NCBI GenBank assembly: GCA_965222085.1
Contig: OZ244952.1
Span: 895,079-959,078, forward strand
Reading direction: 5' to 3'
DNA: 64,000 bases
DNA from: Balneola sp.
Lineage (GTDB): Bacteria; Bacteroidota; Rhodothermia; Balneolales; Balneolaceae
In this document: piece by piece, positions 8,922 through 19,368 of the stretch
How positions within the stretch are numbered: the stretch's first letter is position 1
Layout: each line of letters opens with the position of its first letter
Notes under the pieces: model-generated
What the model saw: only the letters and a program-made list of their open reading frames with translations
The model's database searches: none
What the model was told of the DNA's origin: nothing
Program-made: the position numbers and the translations under genes

Positions 8922-10153
8922 TGGCAATACGTACTACATTTTTCATTTTAACTTTTCTTTTTTTGGAATGGAATACGGTTTTTGCCCAAACTACCGTCTC
9001 CGATTTTTTACTAACAGCCTTTGAAGATATTAATACTCAGGGGTACGACGCCTCGATTGATTTTATTTCTCCTCGAAATTACCGCCTGCCCGTTGTGGAA
9101 GATCTGGAATTCCGTTACAGTAACGATGAATTTACTTTAGAAGATCAGCAATATGCCTTGAGATTCAGACCGGGCAACCCGTGGAAAATACGTCGCAATA
9201 AAGCTCTTTTTAATGCTACCAAAAAGGAATTAACAATACGTAAGCAGATCCAGTATCAGGAAAATCTGGAAATAAGATATGAACTAGCGGCAGACTATCT
9301 CCTTGATATTCAATTAATGGTTATTGAGGAACAGAAGTACTCTTTAATTCAAAAAAGGGTAGATATTCTTAGCACAAATATGGAAAGCTCTCTTTTTGAT
9401 GCTAAGGATTTTGTGGAGGCTAAAATGGATCAAGTGGATGCTATTACAAATCAGGATGATCTCAATGTTTCTCTTTCACAAACAAAAAAGGAAATTACTT
9501 CTTTACTTCAACAACCGGATATTAAGTGGGATAATGAGCTGTTAATTTCTGTAACTGCAATCGAAAACGTTTCTGACGAAGTTGCTTTAAATTCTTTCTC
9601 GTCTTTAGAACTGGAACTCATTTCTCAACAAATAGAAGTAGCTAATAGTGAAGTAAAGCTGGAAAAAGCTGACTTTGATATTGGCTATTTCCAAACTGAA
9701 TACTATCCCGAAAAAGACCGGGACTCAGATTTCGGTATCGCATTTGGTATAAGTATTCCAATCTTCAAATCTAATAAAAATCAGATAGCAGAGCGAAAAC
9801 TGGATGAGATTGAGCTTAAAGGTGAACTTGCCGCTGAACAATTTCAGGATTCAGTAAAAAGAATTACCGAATACGAATATCTGAAAAGCCTTATAAGTCA
9901 ACATGAAATCCTCACTGAGCGAATAAACACGTTAGATCTGATTACCCTTAAGAAAAACCTAAGTCAAATCGAGGATAATAATCCGCTTATTATTCTTGAA
10001 CTCGAAGAAGGAATACTAAAATTGAAGGAATTAGAGCTTAAATCGTACAGACGTGTGGTGGAACAATATATTGAATTTTTGAGCACGTTTAATGTACTAA
10101 CCCAACTTCCGCTTACAAATTATCTCTCCGAAAGCCTGGAAACATTCGAATGA
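8921..10153 (+). CDS. Outer-membrane efflux (TolC-like) protein, tentative
   Basis: Signal peptide and coiled-coil-rich sequence. The start overlaps the upstream stop (TAATG). No strong motif was found, so the call rests on context with the HlyD-like gene. Confidence 0.4.
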   Translation: MAIRTTFFILTFLFLEWNTVFAQTTVSDFLLTAFEDINTQGYDASIDFISPRNYRLPVVEDLEFRYSNDEFTLEDQQYALRFRPGNPWKIRRNKALFNATKKELTIRKQIQYQENLEIRYELAADYLLDIQLMVIEEQKYSLIQKRVDILSTNMESSLFDAKDFVEAKMDQVDAITNQDDLNVSLSQTKKEITSLLQQPDIKWDNELLISVTAIENVSDEVALNSFSSLELELISQQIEVANSEVKLEKADFDIGYFQTEYYPEKDRDSDFGIAFGISIPIFKSNKNQIAERKLDEIELKGELAAEQFQDSVKRITEYEYLKSLISQHEILTERINTLDLITLKKNLSQIEDNNPLIILELEEGILKLKELELKSYRRVVEQYIEFLSTFNVLTQLPLTNYLSESLETFE

Positions 10154-10869
10154 AGAATATACTTATTACTGGTGCTACTTCCGGAATTGGCCGGGAACTT
10201 GCACTCCAACTAGCAGAAGCAGGTAACAAAGTTGGTTTGATGGGTCGAAGAACTGAGAAACTTGAATCAATCCAAAAAGAAATTGGTGAGAATGCTTTCA
10301 TTAGAACGTTAGATGTCACCAATCTTGATGAAGCAGAAAATGTTTATCGAGATCTTATTGATGAAATGGGCGGTATGGATATGATGATCCTGAATGCAGG
10401 AGTGGGAGTTGATAAAATTATGTCTCCATGGAAAGCAGACAAGCTTACTATCCAAGTTAATGTACTTGCTTTCTCACACGGGCTTCATTTTGCGTTTGAT
10501 TTCTTTCGAAGACAAGGACACGGACATATTGTTGGAATGTCATCAATCGCCTCGCACCTTGCTTCATATAAAGCGGCTGTCTATACAGCTTCAAAACATT
10601 TTGTATCTAATTATATGACCGGGTTTCGTCAAAAAGCGAAACGTATACCAGCTGACATTACAGTAACTGATATAAAACCCGGATTTGTAAAATCTGAAAT
10701 GACCGAAAATGTACCCCGTATGTTTTGGGTTGCTGATACGGATAAAGCCGTTAAGCAAATGATCAATGGTCTCAATAAAAAAAGAAACATTGTTTACATC
10801 ACGAAAAGATGGGTGCTTGTTGCTTGGCTTGCTCGACTTACTCCTCAATTTATTTGGGATCGCATCTAA
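10150..10869 (+). CDS. SDR-family oxidoreductase
   Basis: ITGATSGIGRELA (TGxxxGxG motif) and the YTASK catalytic motif. ATGA overlap with the upstream gene. Confidence 0.9.
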   Translation: MKNILITGATSGIGRELALQLAEAGNKVGLMGRRTEKLESIQKEIGENAFIRTLDVTNLDEAENVYRDLIDEMGGMDMMILNAGVGVDKIMSPWKADKLTIQVNVLAFSHGLHFAFDFFRRQGHGHIVGMSSIASHLASYKAAVYTASKHFVSNYMTGFRQKAKRIPADITVTDIKPGFVKSEMTENVPRMFWVADTDKAVKQMINGLNKKRNIVYITKRWVLVAWLARLTPQFIWDRI

Positions 10870-10929
10870 AGTTTTACTTATCAAAATGGAATTTTTGTTT
10901 AGATTCTGAGAAACTAACAATACTCCACT

Positions 10930-12078
10930 ATGCGTATTTTACTTCTTGTTCTTGCTACCCTATTAATCAGCTGTTCTTCAAAAGAATCTAAAGATCTGAT
11001 CCCGGAAAAAAGCGGACCCTCTACTATTTCTTTGGGATATCTGGAAGCTCCGGCAGGATTTGAAATCTCCGTATTTGCTGAAGGTGTTACTAATGCCCGA
11101 CAAATGGCAATGAGTGATTCAGGTGTTCTTTATGTGGGATCGCGCCGCGAGGGAAAAGTGTATGCTGTTGTAGATAACAACAATGACTTCCGGGCTGACT
11201 CTGTCTATACCATCATAGAGGGATTAAGACTGCCAAATGGAGTGGCATATAAAGACGGCTCCCTTTTTGTAGCTGAGGTCAGCAAGATTTGGCGGTTCGA
11301 CAATATCGATCAAAATTATTCCGATTCTCCTGAACCGGTTTTAGTAACCGATGAACTGCCAACAGAGGGACATCACGGCTGGAAATACATTGCTTTTGGT
11401 CCGGATGATAAGCTTTATGTGCCTATTGGAGCACCATGTAATATTTGTAATCATGAAGAAGATAACCCTCTCTTTGCAACTCTAACCAAAATGAATGCAG
11501 ATGGTTCTGAACATGAAATTGTCGCCAAGGGAATTCGAAATACAGTAGGATTTACATGGCACCCTGAAACAGGAAACATCTGGTTTACTGATAACGGCAG
11601 AGATTGGCTTGGAGATGACATCCCTCCTTGTGAGTTAAATGAAATTACTGGAAAAGATCAGCATTTTGGCTATCCCTATTTACACGGTAATGATGTTTGG
11701 GATCCGAAATTCGGAGAAAATGGAAAACCTACAGCTGACCGTTTTAAAAAACCGGTTCAGGAACTAGGTGCACATGTTGCTCCCCTTGGTGTAATTTTTT
11801 ATACCGGAAATATGTTTCCAACCAGCTATAAAAACAGAGCTCTAATTGCAGAGCATGGTAGCTGGAATCGCAGTTCAAAAGTTGGTTATCAAATTTCTCA
11901 GGTTATTTTTGACGATGAAGGAAATCCAACAGAGTATAAGCCATTTATTACAGGTTGGTTAGCAGGAGAAGAAGACATCAAAGGCCGACCTGTTTCTATT
12001 CTTCAATTACATGACGGATCTTTGCTTATTTCTGATGATGATTCCGGCAAAATATACCGAGTCACCTATTCGGGTTAG
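10930..12078 (+). CDS. PQQ-dependent sugar (sorbosone/glucose) dehydrogenase family lipoprotein
   Basis: Lipobox LLISCSS. Beta-propeller motifs PNGVAY, WFTDNGRDWLGDDIPPCELN and HFGYPY. Confidence 0.8.
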   Translation: MRILLLVLATLLISCSSKESKDLIPEKSGPSTISLGYLEAPAGFEISVFAEGVTNARQMAMSDSGVLYVGSRREGKVYAVVDNNNDFRADSVYTIIEGLRLPNGVAYKDGSLFVAEVSKIWRFDNIDQNYSDSPEPVLVTDELPTEGHHGWKYIAFGPDDKLYVPIGAPCNICNHEEDNPLFATLTKMNADGSEHEIVAKGIRNTVGFTWHPETGNIWFTDNGRDWLGDDIPPCELNEITGKDQHFGYPYLHGNDVWDPKFGENGKPTADRFKKPVQELGAHVAPLGVIFYTGNMFPTSYKNRALIAEHGSWNRSSKVGYQISQVIFDDEGNPTEYKPFITGWLAGEEDIKGRPVSILQLHDGSLLISDDDSGKIYRVTYSG

Positions 12079-12166
12079 ATTCTTTTTGAGAATATATCAC
12101 AAAGAACGTTTTTAGTGCTTATCTTTGTTGCCTAACAAAAGAACATTGAATATCTAAAATCTCTTC

Positions 12167-13168
12167 ATGAAGAACGTTGTACTTATTCCTGGTGACGGAA
12201 TTGGCATTGAAATTACAGCTGCCGTAAAAACAATCTTAGAAACAGCAGGCGCCCCAATTAATTGGATCGAATGTGAAGCCGGATTAGGAGCATACCGCAA
12301 ACTAGGTAATCCTTTACCTGACGAAACTGTTGCCGCAATCGAAGAACACAGAATTGCATTAAAAGGACCACTTACAACTCCTGTTGGTACCGGATTTAGA
12401 TCTATTAATGTAGCATTAAGACAAAAGTTCAACCTTTTCAGCAATATTCGTCCTGCGATCACTCTCCCAAACGTTGATACTCCATTCAAATCCGTAGATA
12501 TGGTGATATTCAGAGAAAACACCCAGGGATTGTATATCGGCAAAGAGCATTGGATCGATGAAAATAAACACGCAGAAAGTATAGCTGTAGTAACAGAAGA
12601 AGCCAGTAGAAAAATTATTACTGCCGCTTTTGAGTACGCACGTACTAAAGAAATGGAAAAGGTTACTCTTGTCCACAAAGCAAATATTTTGAAGCTTACT
12701 ACCGGTTTATTTTTAGAAGTTGGGAGAACTGTAGCCAAAGATTTTCCTGATATTGAATTTCAGGATTTGATCGTAGACAATATGGCCATGCAAATGGTAA
12801 TGAGACCAGAACAGTTTGATGTTGTTGTAACCACAAATCTATTCGGAGATATTTTATCCGATTTAGCTTCAGGATTAGTTGGAGGGCTTGGGGTAACCGG
12901 TTCTGCAAATATCGGAGACGACGCTGCCATGTTTGAAGCTGTTCACGGATCTGCTCCGGACATTGCTGGTCAAAACAAAGCAAACCCGATTGCTTTACTT
13001 TTCTCATCCTTAATGATGCTGGAACATCTCGACGAGAAGCCAATCGCTGAAAATATCCGAAAAGCCATTTACAAAACTTTAGTAGAGAAAAAAGTTAAAT
13101 GTACTATGGATATTGGAGGTAAAGGAACTACTGATTCATTTACTGAAGCCGTTTGCAGTAACCTTTGA
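12167..13168 (+). CDS. Isocitrate/isopropylmalate dehydrogenase family protein, likely an NAD-dependent isocitrate dehydrogenase (IDH3-like)
   Basis: 333 aa with LIPGDGIGIEIT, LKGPLTTP and NLFGDILSDLASGLVGGLG. Confidence 0.85.
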   Translation: MKNVVLIPGDGIGIEITAAVKTILETAGAPINWIECEAGLGAYRKLGNPLPDETVAAIEEHRIALKGPLTTPVGTGFRSINVALRQKFNLFSNIRPAITLPNVDTPFKSVDMVIFRENTQGLYIGKEHWIDENKHAESIAVVTEEASRKIITAAFEYARTKEMEKVTLVHKANILKLTTGLFLEVGRTVAKDFPDIEFQDLIVDNMAMQMVMRPEQFDVVVTTNLFGDILSDLASGLVGGLGVTGSANIGDDAAMFEAVHGSAPDIAGQNKANPIALLFSSLMMLEHLDEKPIAENIRKAIYKTLVEKKVKCTMDIGGKGTTDSFTEAVCSNL

Positions 13169-13191
13169 GATTTTAAATAGATCAAAGTCAC

Positions 13192-13222
13192 AAAAAGGCA
13201 GAAGTTATTCTGCCTTTTTTAT
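13192..13222. terminator. Bidirectional terminator between convergent genes
   Basis: GGCAGAA (13197-13203) pairs with TTCTGCC (13208-13214), flanked by an A-run and a T-run. Confidence 0.8.
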
Positions 13223-13549
13223 TTAAAATACTCTGAAAAGAATTCCGCTGAACAGAGACATCACAATCCCGAAGACAAGAGCCCACCAAAAATTCTTGAT
13301 TTTGAATCCTTCAACTAATGCATCAACTAACATTATCATCAATGTGTTAATGACTAAAGCGAACAAACCTAGAGTTAAAATAGAAACGGGTAATGCGATG
13401 AATTGCAATATTGGTGTAAGAAATGTATTTACAATAGCCAACAAAGCAGCTACAACAATTGCACTCCAAAAGTTTTTAATTTCAACTCCGGGTAGTATTT
13501 TTGCGGTTGCGAATACTGCAACACTATTTAAAAGCCAGGCCCAAATCAT
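13223..13549 (-). CDS. Phage_holin_4_2 (YvlD/DUF360) family membrane protein
   Basis: 108 aa with three to four TM segments. Pattern ILPGVEI..FWSAIVVAALLAIVNTFLTPIL...LGLFALVINTLM. Confidence 0.7.
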   Translation of the reverse strand: MIWAWLLNSVAVFATAKILPGVEIKNFWSAIVVAALLAIVNTFLTPILQFIALPVSILTLGLFALVINTLMIMLVDALVEGFKIKNFWWALVFGIVMSLFSGILFRVF

Positions 13550-13614
13550 AATGGTATAGTTTGGTTAAAATTCAATTTTGCTTACGCTAGCTTACTTATT
13601 TTGTTTAGATATTC

Positions 13615-14067
13615 ATGAAAAAAATTATTTCCAGCTTTGACGAACTAACTAATGTTCAATTATATGACCTGCTTAAATTACGTCAGGATGTGTTTATAAT
13701 AGAACAAAATTGTATTTATCCTGATCTAGACGGATATGATAAAAAAGCTTTTCATCTTCTTATTTATGAACATGAAGAGCTGATCGCTTATTCAAGAATT
13801 TTTGCCCCTGATATCAAATACAAAGCGGAAACCTCTATTGGAAGAATTATAGTATCTCAAAAGAAGAGAGGAGGAAATTTAGGAAAAATACTAATTGAGA
13901 AAAGTATCAGCTACTGTATAACAAATTACCCAAAAAGTGATATCAGGATAGAAGCTCAGGCAAAACTCAAAAATTATTACTCACAGCTTGGATTTATCGG
14001 AGATAGTGATGTTTATTTAGTTGATGGAATCGACCATCTGCAAATGATCTACAAAGCTAAGAACTGA
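13615..14067 (+). CDS. GNAT-family N-acetyltransferase (ElaA-like)
   Basis: LYDLLKLRQDVFIIEQNCIYPDLDGYDKKAFHLL and the GNAT motif A region RGGNLGKILI. Confidence 0.8.
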   Translation: MKKIISSFDELTNVQLYDLLKLRQDVFIIEQNCIYPDLDGYDKKAFHLLIYEHEELIAYSRIFAPDIKYKAETSIGRIIVSQKKRGGNLGKILIEKSISYCITNYPKSDIRIEAQAKLKNYYSQLGFIGDSDVYLVDGIDHLQMIYKAKN

Positions 14068-14413
14068 GTTCTTTTATCTTACTTTCAAAACTACTTACTG
14101 CTTCGTTGAAATTTCGTTTTATTGAATCGATGAGTTCAGGAATACGTTCAGTTTGTTCTCTGTTTCTTGCTTTAGTTTCCACCTCTGCAACCAACATATG
14201 AGTATCATCCATGCCTACGTATTGAAAAGTGGGCTTTAGTTTGTGGGCTTCTGCTCTTACTGCATCCCAATCCCCGTCTTTTACATTTCGTTCTAAGTTT
14301 GATAATTGATCCGGGGTATCATTTACGAAAAGTTGAAGCATCTCTACAATCATCTCTGAGCTTCCTCCTGTAACCTCTTCTAAATATGACAAATCCAATT
14401 CGCCACTCATCAC
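14057..14413 (-). CDS. Hpt (histidine phosphotransfer) domain protein
   Basis: 118 aa with AHKLKPTFQYVGM around the phospho-accepting His. Confidence 0.75.
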   Translation of the reverse strand: MMSGELDLSYLEEVTGGSSEMIVEMLQLFVNDTPDQLSNLERNVKDGDWDAVRAEAHKLKPTFQYVGMDDTHMLVAEVETKARNREQTERIPELIDSIKRNFNEAVSSFESKIKELSS

Positions 14414-14655
14414 AATGAATTCAGATTTAAGTAGAGTTTAATAAGTCTTTTCAATTTTCAAATTTCTCAATTAAGCAGTAAAAATTACAATTCCGACTAA
14501 TACTAAAACTGTAATTTTGAAAATCAGAGCTTTCCAGTTTTTCATTTTTTATTTACTAACCATGAACATTCCAAGAATTGGAAAAAAACAAATTCCTAAG
14601 TTAAAAACAAGTTATCCACATTTTTTATTTTAATAAAAAAACAACAATTGGATAA

Positions 14656-16488
14656 TCACTCCACGGTTACACTTTTCGCCAGATTTCTTGGCTGATCAAC
14701 ATCACAACCTCTGTTTACAGCTATATTATATGATAAAATCTGTAATGGGATTACTGTTAACAAAGGTGATAATTCATCTTCTGTTTCCGGAACGGAAAAA
14801 CTGAATTCTGACAAGTTTTCCACTTCTTCATTACCTTCTGTAACAATTGATATAATTCTTCCTTTTCTTGCTCTGACTTCCTCAATATTACTCACCATTT
14901 TATCATTGGTATGATTAGTACCCGCTATTACAACAACCGGCATCATTTCATCTATCAATGCAATTGGTCCGTGTTTCATTTCTGCTGCAGGATATCCTTC
15001 GGCATGGATATAAGATATTTCTTTAAGCTTTAGAGCCCCTTCAAGGGCTACCGGAAACCCGAAAGATCTTCCCAGGTATAAGAAATTAGGGGCATAAGAA
15101 AACAAATTAGAAACCTCATCCAGATCGCTACTTTTGTCTAATATCTTTTGAACCTTGTTAGGTATTTCGCTTAATTCTTTAATTAACTTATTTGCCTTTT
15201 CTTTAGATATGGTTCCCTTTTCCTGAGCCAACTTAATTGCTATCAATGTAAGCACTGTAACCTGTCCCGTAAAAGCTTTTGTAGAAGCTACTCCAATTTC
15301 CGGTCCGGCGTGGATGTATACTCCCGCATCTGTTTCTCTGGCTATGGAAGAACCCACAACATTAACAACTCCAATTACCAGAGCCCCATTTTCTTTTGCC
15401 TGCCTAAGTGCTGCTAATGTGTCTGCGGTCTCACCACTTTGTGATATTACAATCATCACATCCCCTTCACCGATTAGTGACTCTTTATACCGGAGCTCAG
15501 ATGCGTATTCAACCTCTACAGATACCTTAGCCAAAGATTCAAATAGATATTCACCCACAATTCCGGAGTGCCAACTTGTTCCACAAGCTGCAATTACCAA
15601 TCGTTTAGCATCGGCTATTTTGCCCAGAACATCTTTAATACCACCGAGCGTGATAGTTCCGCTTTCAACATCCAGACGACCTCTCAAACAATCCGAAATA
15701 GCCTTAGGTTGTTCAAAGATTTCTTTATGCATAAAAAATTCATATCCACCTTTTTCAATTTCTTCTAAACTAAGCGCTAATTCATGAACCTCTTTAGTCA
15801 AAGAATCGTCATTTAAATTATGAACCTGATATTCATCTTTCTTGATCACCGCAATTTCACCATCATCGAGGTAAACAACCTGATCTGTATATTCTGCTAC
15901 AGCGGATGCATCAGAAGCGATTAACATCTCGCCATCCCCCACTCCTAATAATAATGGTGAACCTTTTCTGGCTACTATTAACTGATCGGGATAATCAGCA
16001 TGTATAATTGCAACACCGTAGGTCCCCTCAACCTGAGCAAGTGCTATTTGCACCGCTTTTTTGAAGTCACCCGGGTTTTTGGAGTAGACATCTTCAATCA
16101 GCTTCGCTAAAACCTCAGTATCTGTTTGAGAATAGAACGTATGTCCTTTTGACTCTAAAACTTTCTTAAGTGAATTATAGTTTTCAATTATTCCATTATG
16201 AACAAGCGCTAATTTCTCAGAACTACTTGTATGTGGGTGAGAATTTATATCGTTTGGTTCTCCATGTGTTGCCCATCTGGTATGGCCGATTCCTATTTTG
16301 GCTTCATCAGTGCTATCAATCAGAGATTCAAGTTTAGCAACCTTACCTTTTCCTTTTTTTATTTCAAGAGAGCCATTAAAAAGAGCTATACCTGCAGAAT
16401 CATAACCCCTATATTCCAATCTTTTAAGACCGTTTATAATAACTTCATGAGCTTTTTTATCTCCGATATACCCGACAATTCCACACAT
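14656..16488 (-). CDS. glmS: Glutamine--fructose-6-phosphate aminotransferase
   Basis: MCGIVGYIG N-terminal nucleophile, two SIS domains and a C-terminal LAKSVTVE. Confidence 0.97.
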   Translation of the reverse strand: MCGIVGYIGDKKAHEVIINGLKRLEYRGYDSAGIALFNGSLEIKKGKGKVAKLESLIDSTDEAKIGIGHTRWATHGEPNDINSHPHTSSSEKLALVHNGIIENYNSLKKVLESKGHTFYSQTDTEVLAKLIEDVYSKNPGDFKKAVQIALAQVEGTYGVAIIHADYPDQLIVARKGSPLLLGVGDGEMLIASDASAVAEYTDQVVYLDDGEIAVIKKDEYQVHNLNDDSLTKEVHELALSLEEIEKGGYEFFMHKEIFEQPKAISDCLRGRLDVESGTITLGGIKDVLGKIADAKRLVIAACGTSWHSGIVGEYLFESLAKVSVEVEYASELRYKESLIGEGDVMIVISQSGETADTLAALRQAKENGALVIGVVNVVGSSIARETDAGVYIHAGPEIGVASTKAFTGQVTVLTLIAIKLAQEKGTISKEKANKLIKELSEIPNKVQKILDKSSDLDEVSNLFSYAPNFLYLGRSFGFPVALEGALKLKEISYIHAEGYPAAEMKHGPIALIDEMMPVVVIAGTNHTNDKMVSNIEEVRARKGRIISIVTEGNEEVENLSEFSFSVPETEDELSPLLTVIPLQILSYNIAVNRGCDVDQPRNLAKSVTVE

Positions 16489-16578
16489 AGTAATTTTATT
16501 TATTAATTCTTTAACGCTATACTTTAAATATAGATATTAACTTGTACATTATTTCATATAAGTCTCTAATTTTTTTTG

Positions 16579-17766
16579 ATGCAAATCTGTTTTTTTGAAG
16601 ATATCAAATGTAAGAATTTCAAACCTCTTACCCTTACAAGACCCACTTGGGACTTAAGAATTGGTATTCTAACTATTTCTCAGAAATGGGAAAAAATGCT
16701 CCATCCGGAACATATAGCTTGGAATACAGAAGAACACTTAAAAGATGTCTTCAAAACACCCGATTTAAATCCTTCAAAGCCCTGTTCGTACATAAATTCC
16801 AGAGTTCTTCCTTCTAAAGAATTGATTCAAGGTATTAAGAAGCTAAATCCAGGTGATGCCTTGTTCTATGAAAATGAACTTGTCGCATTATGTTCTGAAA
16901 ACACATTAGATATTAACCACCTTGATAACTTAAGCCCTTCAAAAAAAATCCAGCTCGGTAAAAAACCTTCCCTTATCGAATATGTATGGGATCTTTTAAG
17001 TTTAAATGCCTCTCAAATTGAAGTAGATATAGAGCTTCTGAAAGATAAACCTATACATAAAGAAGCCGACGCAACTGTTATTATAAAGCATCCTGAAAAT
17101 ATCTACATCCATAGTTCTGCTAAAATTGAACCCGGCGTTATTCTGATAGCAGAAAATGGACCTATTTATATAGGTGAGGGTGCTTTAATTGAAGCCGGAG
17201 CGGTTTTAAAGGGACCTGTTGCTATCTGTAAGAACGCAACCGTTAAATTGTGTGGCAGGATTTATGACGGATCAACAATTGGCCCCGGCTGTAAAATTGG
17301 GGGAGAGGTTACTAATTCAATTTTTCATTCTTTTTCTAATAAAGCTCACGATGGATATGTTGGAAAATCTATTTTTGGGCAGTGGTGCAACCTGGGAGCA
17401 GATACGAACACGTCTAATCTGAAAAATAATTATGGTATGGTTACCATTAAAGATTGGGAGACCAAGCGCTCATACGATACAGGAATTCAATTCTTTGGCA
17501 CCGTGATGGGAGATCATTCCAAGACCTCAATTAATACAATGTTGAATACGGGAACAACTTGTGGTGTTTCTGCTAATATTTTTCAGTCAGGATTTCCTCC
17601 GAGATATATTCAATCTTTCACATGGATAGATGGGCAAAGAAATCCAAGATTCAGATTCGATAAAGCATTAGAAGCTATGAAAGCTATGATGGCCAGAAGA
17701 GATAAAGAAGTAACTCCTGAATATGCAAAAATGGTGGAATATCTTTTTGAGATTAGAGAAAACTGA
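16579..17766 (+). CDS. GlmU-family/putative sugar nucleotidyltransferase with a left-handed beta-helix
   Basis: Divergent from glmS, with hexapeptide repeats in the C-terminal half. ATG at 16579 is preferred over TTG at 16576. Confidence 0.7.
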   Translation: MQICFFEDIKCKNFKPLTLTRPTWDLRIGILTISQKWEKMLHPEHIAWNTEEHLKDVFKTPDLNPSKPCSYINSRVLPSKELIQGIKKLNPGDALFYENELVALCSENTLDINHLDNLSPSKKIQLGKKPSLIEYVWDLLSLNASQIEVDIELLKDKPIHKEADATVIIKHPENIYIHSSAKIEPGVILIAENGPIYIGEGALIEAGAVLKGPVAICKNATVKLCGRIYDGSTIGPGCKIGGEVTNSIFHSFSNKAHDGYVGKSIFGQWCNLGADTNTSNLKNNYGMVTIKDWETKRSYDTGIQFFGTVMGDHSKTSINTMLNTGTTCGVSANIFQSGFPPRYIQSFTWIDGQRNPRFRFDKALEAMKAMMARRDKEVTPEYAKMVEYLFEIREN

Positions 17767-17773
17767 TATTTGA

Positions 17774-19345
17774 TCAAAGCCTGCTGCTGGCTCCTTTAAC
17801 ATCTCTGTATTCGAATTCGATTTTAATGGAATCTTTGTCTTCCTCTATTTCGATGAATGCACCAAGTTGTTTTGCCAGTACTTTAAATATTTCAGAGAAA
17901 TTATACTCATTTTCTTCCAAAAGTCGTCCAACAACTCGTGCTAATTCTTTATCGAATAAATAAATACAAATATTGGCCTCGTCTTGAAAAATACCAACAT
18001 TCAACTCTTCTGAAGGAGTAAATTTATTTTCACCCTCAAATCTAAATACTTCGAAAATCATCTCACTTAATAATAATGAGAGAGGTACCGCTTGGTTTAT
18101 ATTGAACTTGATCTTTTTGTCGTAGGTTGAAACATTTACCTTAAAATCCTGAATCCTCTCCTGCATAAAACTTTCACTTAAAACCTTATCAACAGTTTTA
18201 TTTACAGCGATATTTTTAAATGTGCCAAGTTCGTATACAATTTCATGAATAATAGCTATCGATTTAACTCTTAGAATATTTGCGGATATAATTTCATCCT
18301 TATCTTTAATTCCCAACCCCATTTGGTCCAGTTGAAGAAAACTGGAAACTAATGCAAGATTGTTCTTCACTCTGTGGTGCACCTCTCCTACAAGTAACTC
18401 TTTTTCAGCTAATAGTTTATTTAATTTATTATTTGTCTTCTTAAGTTTTAGTTCTGATTTAAACTCGCTAAATGCATTGCTGATTAATCCTGATATAGAT
18501 TTAATCAGCTTATCCTCAGACTCTGTCCAGACTCTTTTCTTTCTGACCTCATCAAAGCCAATAAATCCATAAAACTTTTCCCCAATACTAATCGGATATA
18601 CTATTAATGATTTAATATTCTGAGGCTCTAAAACTGCAATCATATCAGGAGGTAAGTCATGGATATCTTCTGCAACCATAATTCCATCATTCAACAACAT
18701 TGGCTTTAAAGAAGGCATCTCTTCTTTGTAGTCAAGACTCTGAAGTTCTTCGATTTGAGGTGTTACCCCGCGCGCACACCATTCATATGTATTTCTTGTT
18801 TTTTTCCCGACATTAAAATCTTCAAAAATATATACCCTGGACACATCAACAGTTTCTCCCAAATGTCTTATTACCTTGTTCATTTTGTTTTTAAATGAAT
18901 CAAGGGAATTTAGGTTGAAGGAGATCTCAGCTAATGCCTCTTGGAATTTCAAATTATTAGTAAGACTCTCTTTATCCTTTTGTTCGTTCAGAATTCTCTT
19001 TACAGAAAAGGGTAATCGCTTATAGTTGTCTTTGGTGAGTACATCATTTGCGCGATTTTCCAATAAAGATATTTCCTGCTCTCTGGTAACATCTCCTGAT
19101 ATAATTATAACAGGTATCCCGGGAATTACTTTCTTGGCGTAACTCAAAATATCTTTACCTGAAAAACTTTTAAGATCAAAATCTGAGATAATAATATCAG
19201 GATTCCACTCAGCTAATATTTTTTCAAATTCAAATTGTGTGGTCACTAATTTAGTTTCAAAATCCTCGTCCATTAGTTTTAACTCCCTGAGCATTAACTC
19301 ATGATCTAATGGTGAATCTTCTGCTATTAGTAACTTAATTGACAT
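17774..19345 (-). CDS. Hybrid response regulator / GAF / HisKA_2-type sensor histidine kinase
   Basis: N-terminal REC domain (LLIAEDSPLD...IISDFDLK), a GAF-like middle region and the H-box EVHHRVKNNLALVSSFLQL. Confidence 0.8.
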   Translation of the reverse strand: MSIKLLIAEDSPLDHELMLRELKLMDEDFETKLVTTQFEFEKILAEWNPDIIISDFDLKSFSGKDILSYAKKVIPGIPVIIISGDVTREQEISLLENRANDVLTKDNYKRLPFSVKRILNEQKDKESLTNNLKFQEALAEISFNLNSLDSFKNKMNKVIRHLGETVDVSRVYIFEDFNVGKKTRNTYEWCARGVTPQIEELQSLDYKEEMPSLKPMLLNDGIMVAEDIHDLPPDMIAVLEPQNIKSLIVYPISIGEKFYGFIGFDEVRKKRVWTESEDKLIKSISGLISNAFSEFKSELKLKKTNNKLNKLLAEKELLVGEVHHRVKNNLALVSSFLQLDQMGLGIKDKDEIISANILRVKSIAIIHEIVYELGTFKNIAVNKTVDKVLSESFMQERIQDFKVNVSTYDKKIKFNINQAVPLSLLLSEMIFEVFRFEGENKFTPSEELNVGIFQDEANICIYLFDKELARVVGRLLEENEYNFSEIFKVLAKQLGAFIEIEEDKDSIKIEFEYRDVKGASSRL

Positions 19346-19368
19346 ATTTTAAATATTAGTAAGCAAAT

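Noticed and set aside
12154-13043. Minus-strand ORFs 12154-12738 (194 aa), 12416-12676 and 12699-13043
   Set aside because: They are antisense to the isocitrate/isopropylmalate dehydrogenase family gene, which has strong family motifs. No motifs of their own.
14471-14545. 24-codon hydrophobic mini-ORF (MKNWKALIFKITVLVLVGIVIFTA) in the 242-bp gap between the Hpt gene and glmS
   Set aside because: It could be a small membrane peptide, but the sequence offers no support beyond an ATG and hydrophobicity. It is too short to call.
15314-16506. Plus-strand ORFs inside glmS (15314-15787, 15568-15768, 16231-16506)
   Set aside because: They are shadow ORFs antisense to glmS.
16489-16578. Possible glmS ribozyme upstream of glmS
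   Set aside because: The leader is only ~90 nt and AT-rich, and shows none of the conserved glmS ribozyme core. That element is in any case mainly found in Firmicutes.
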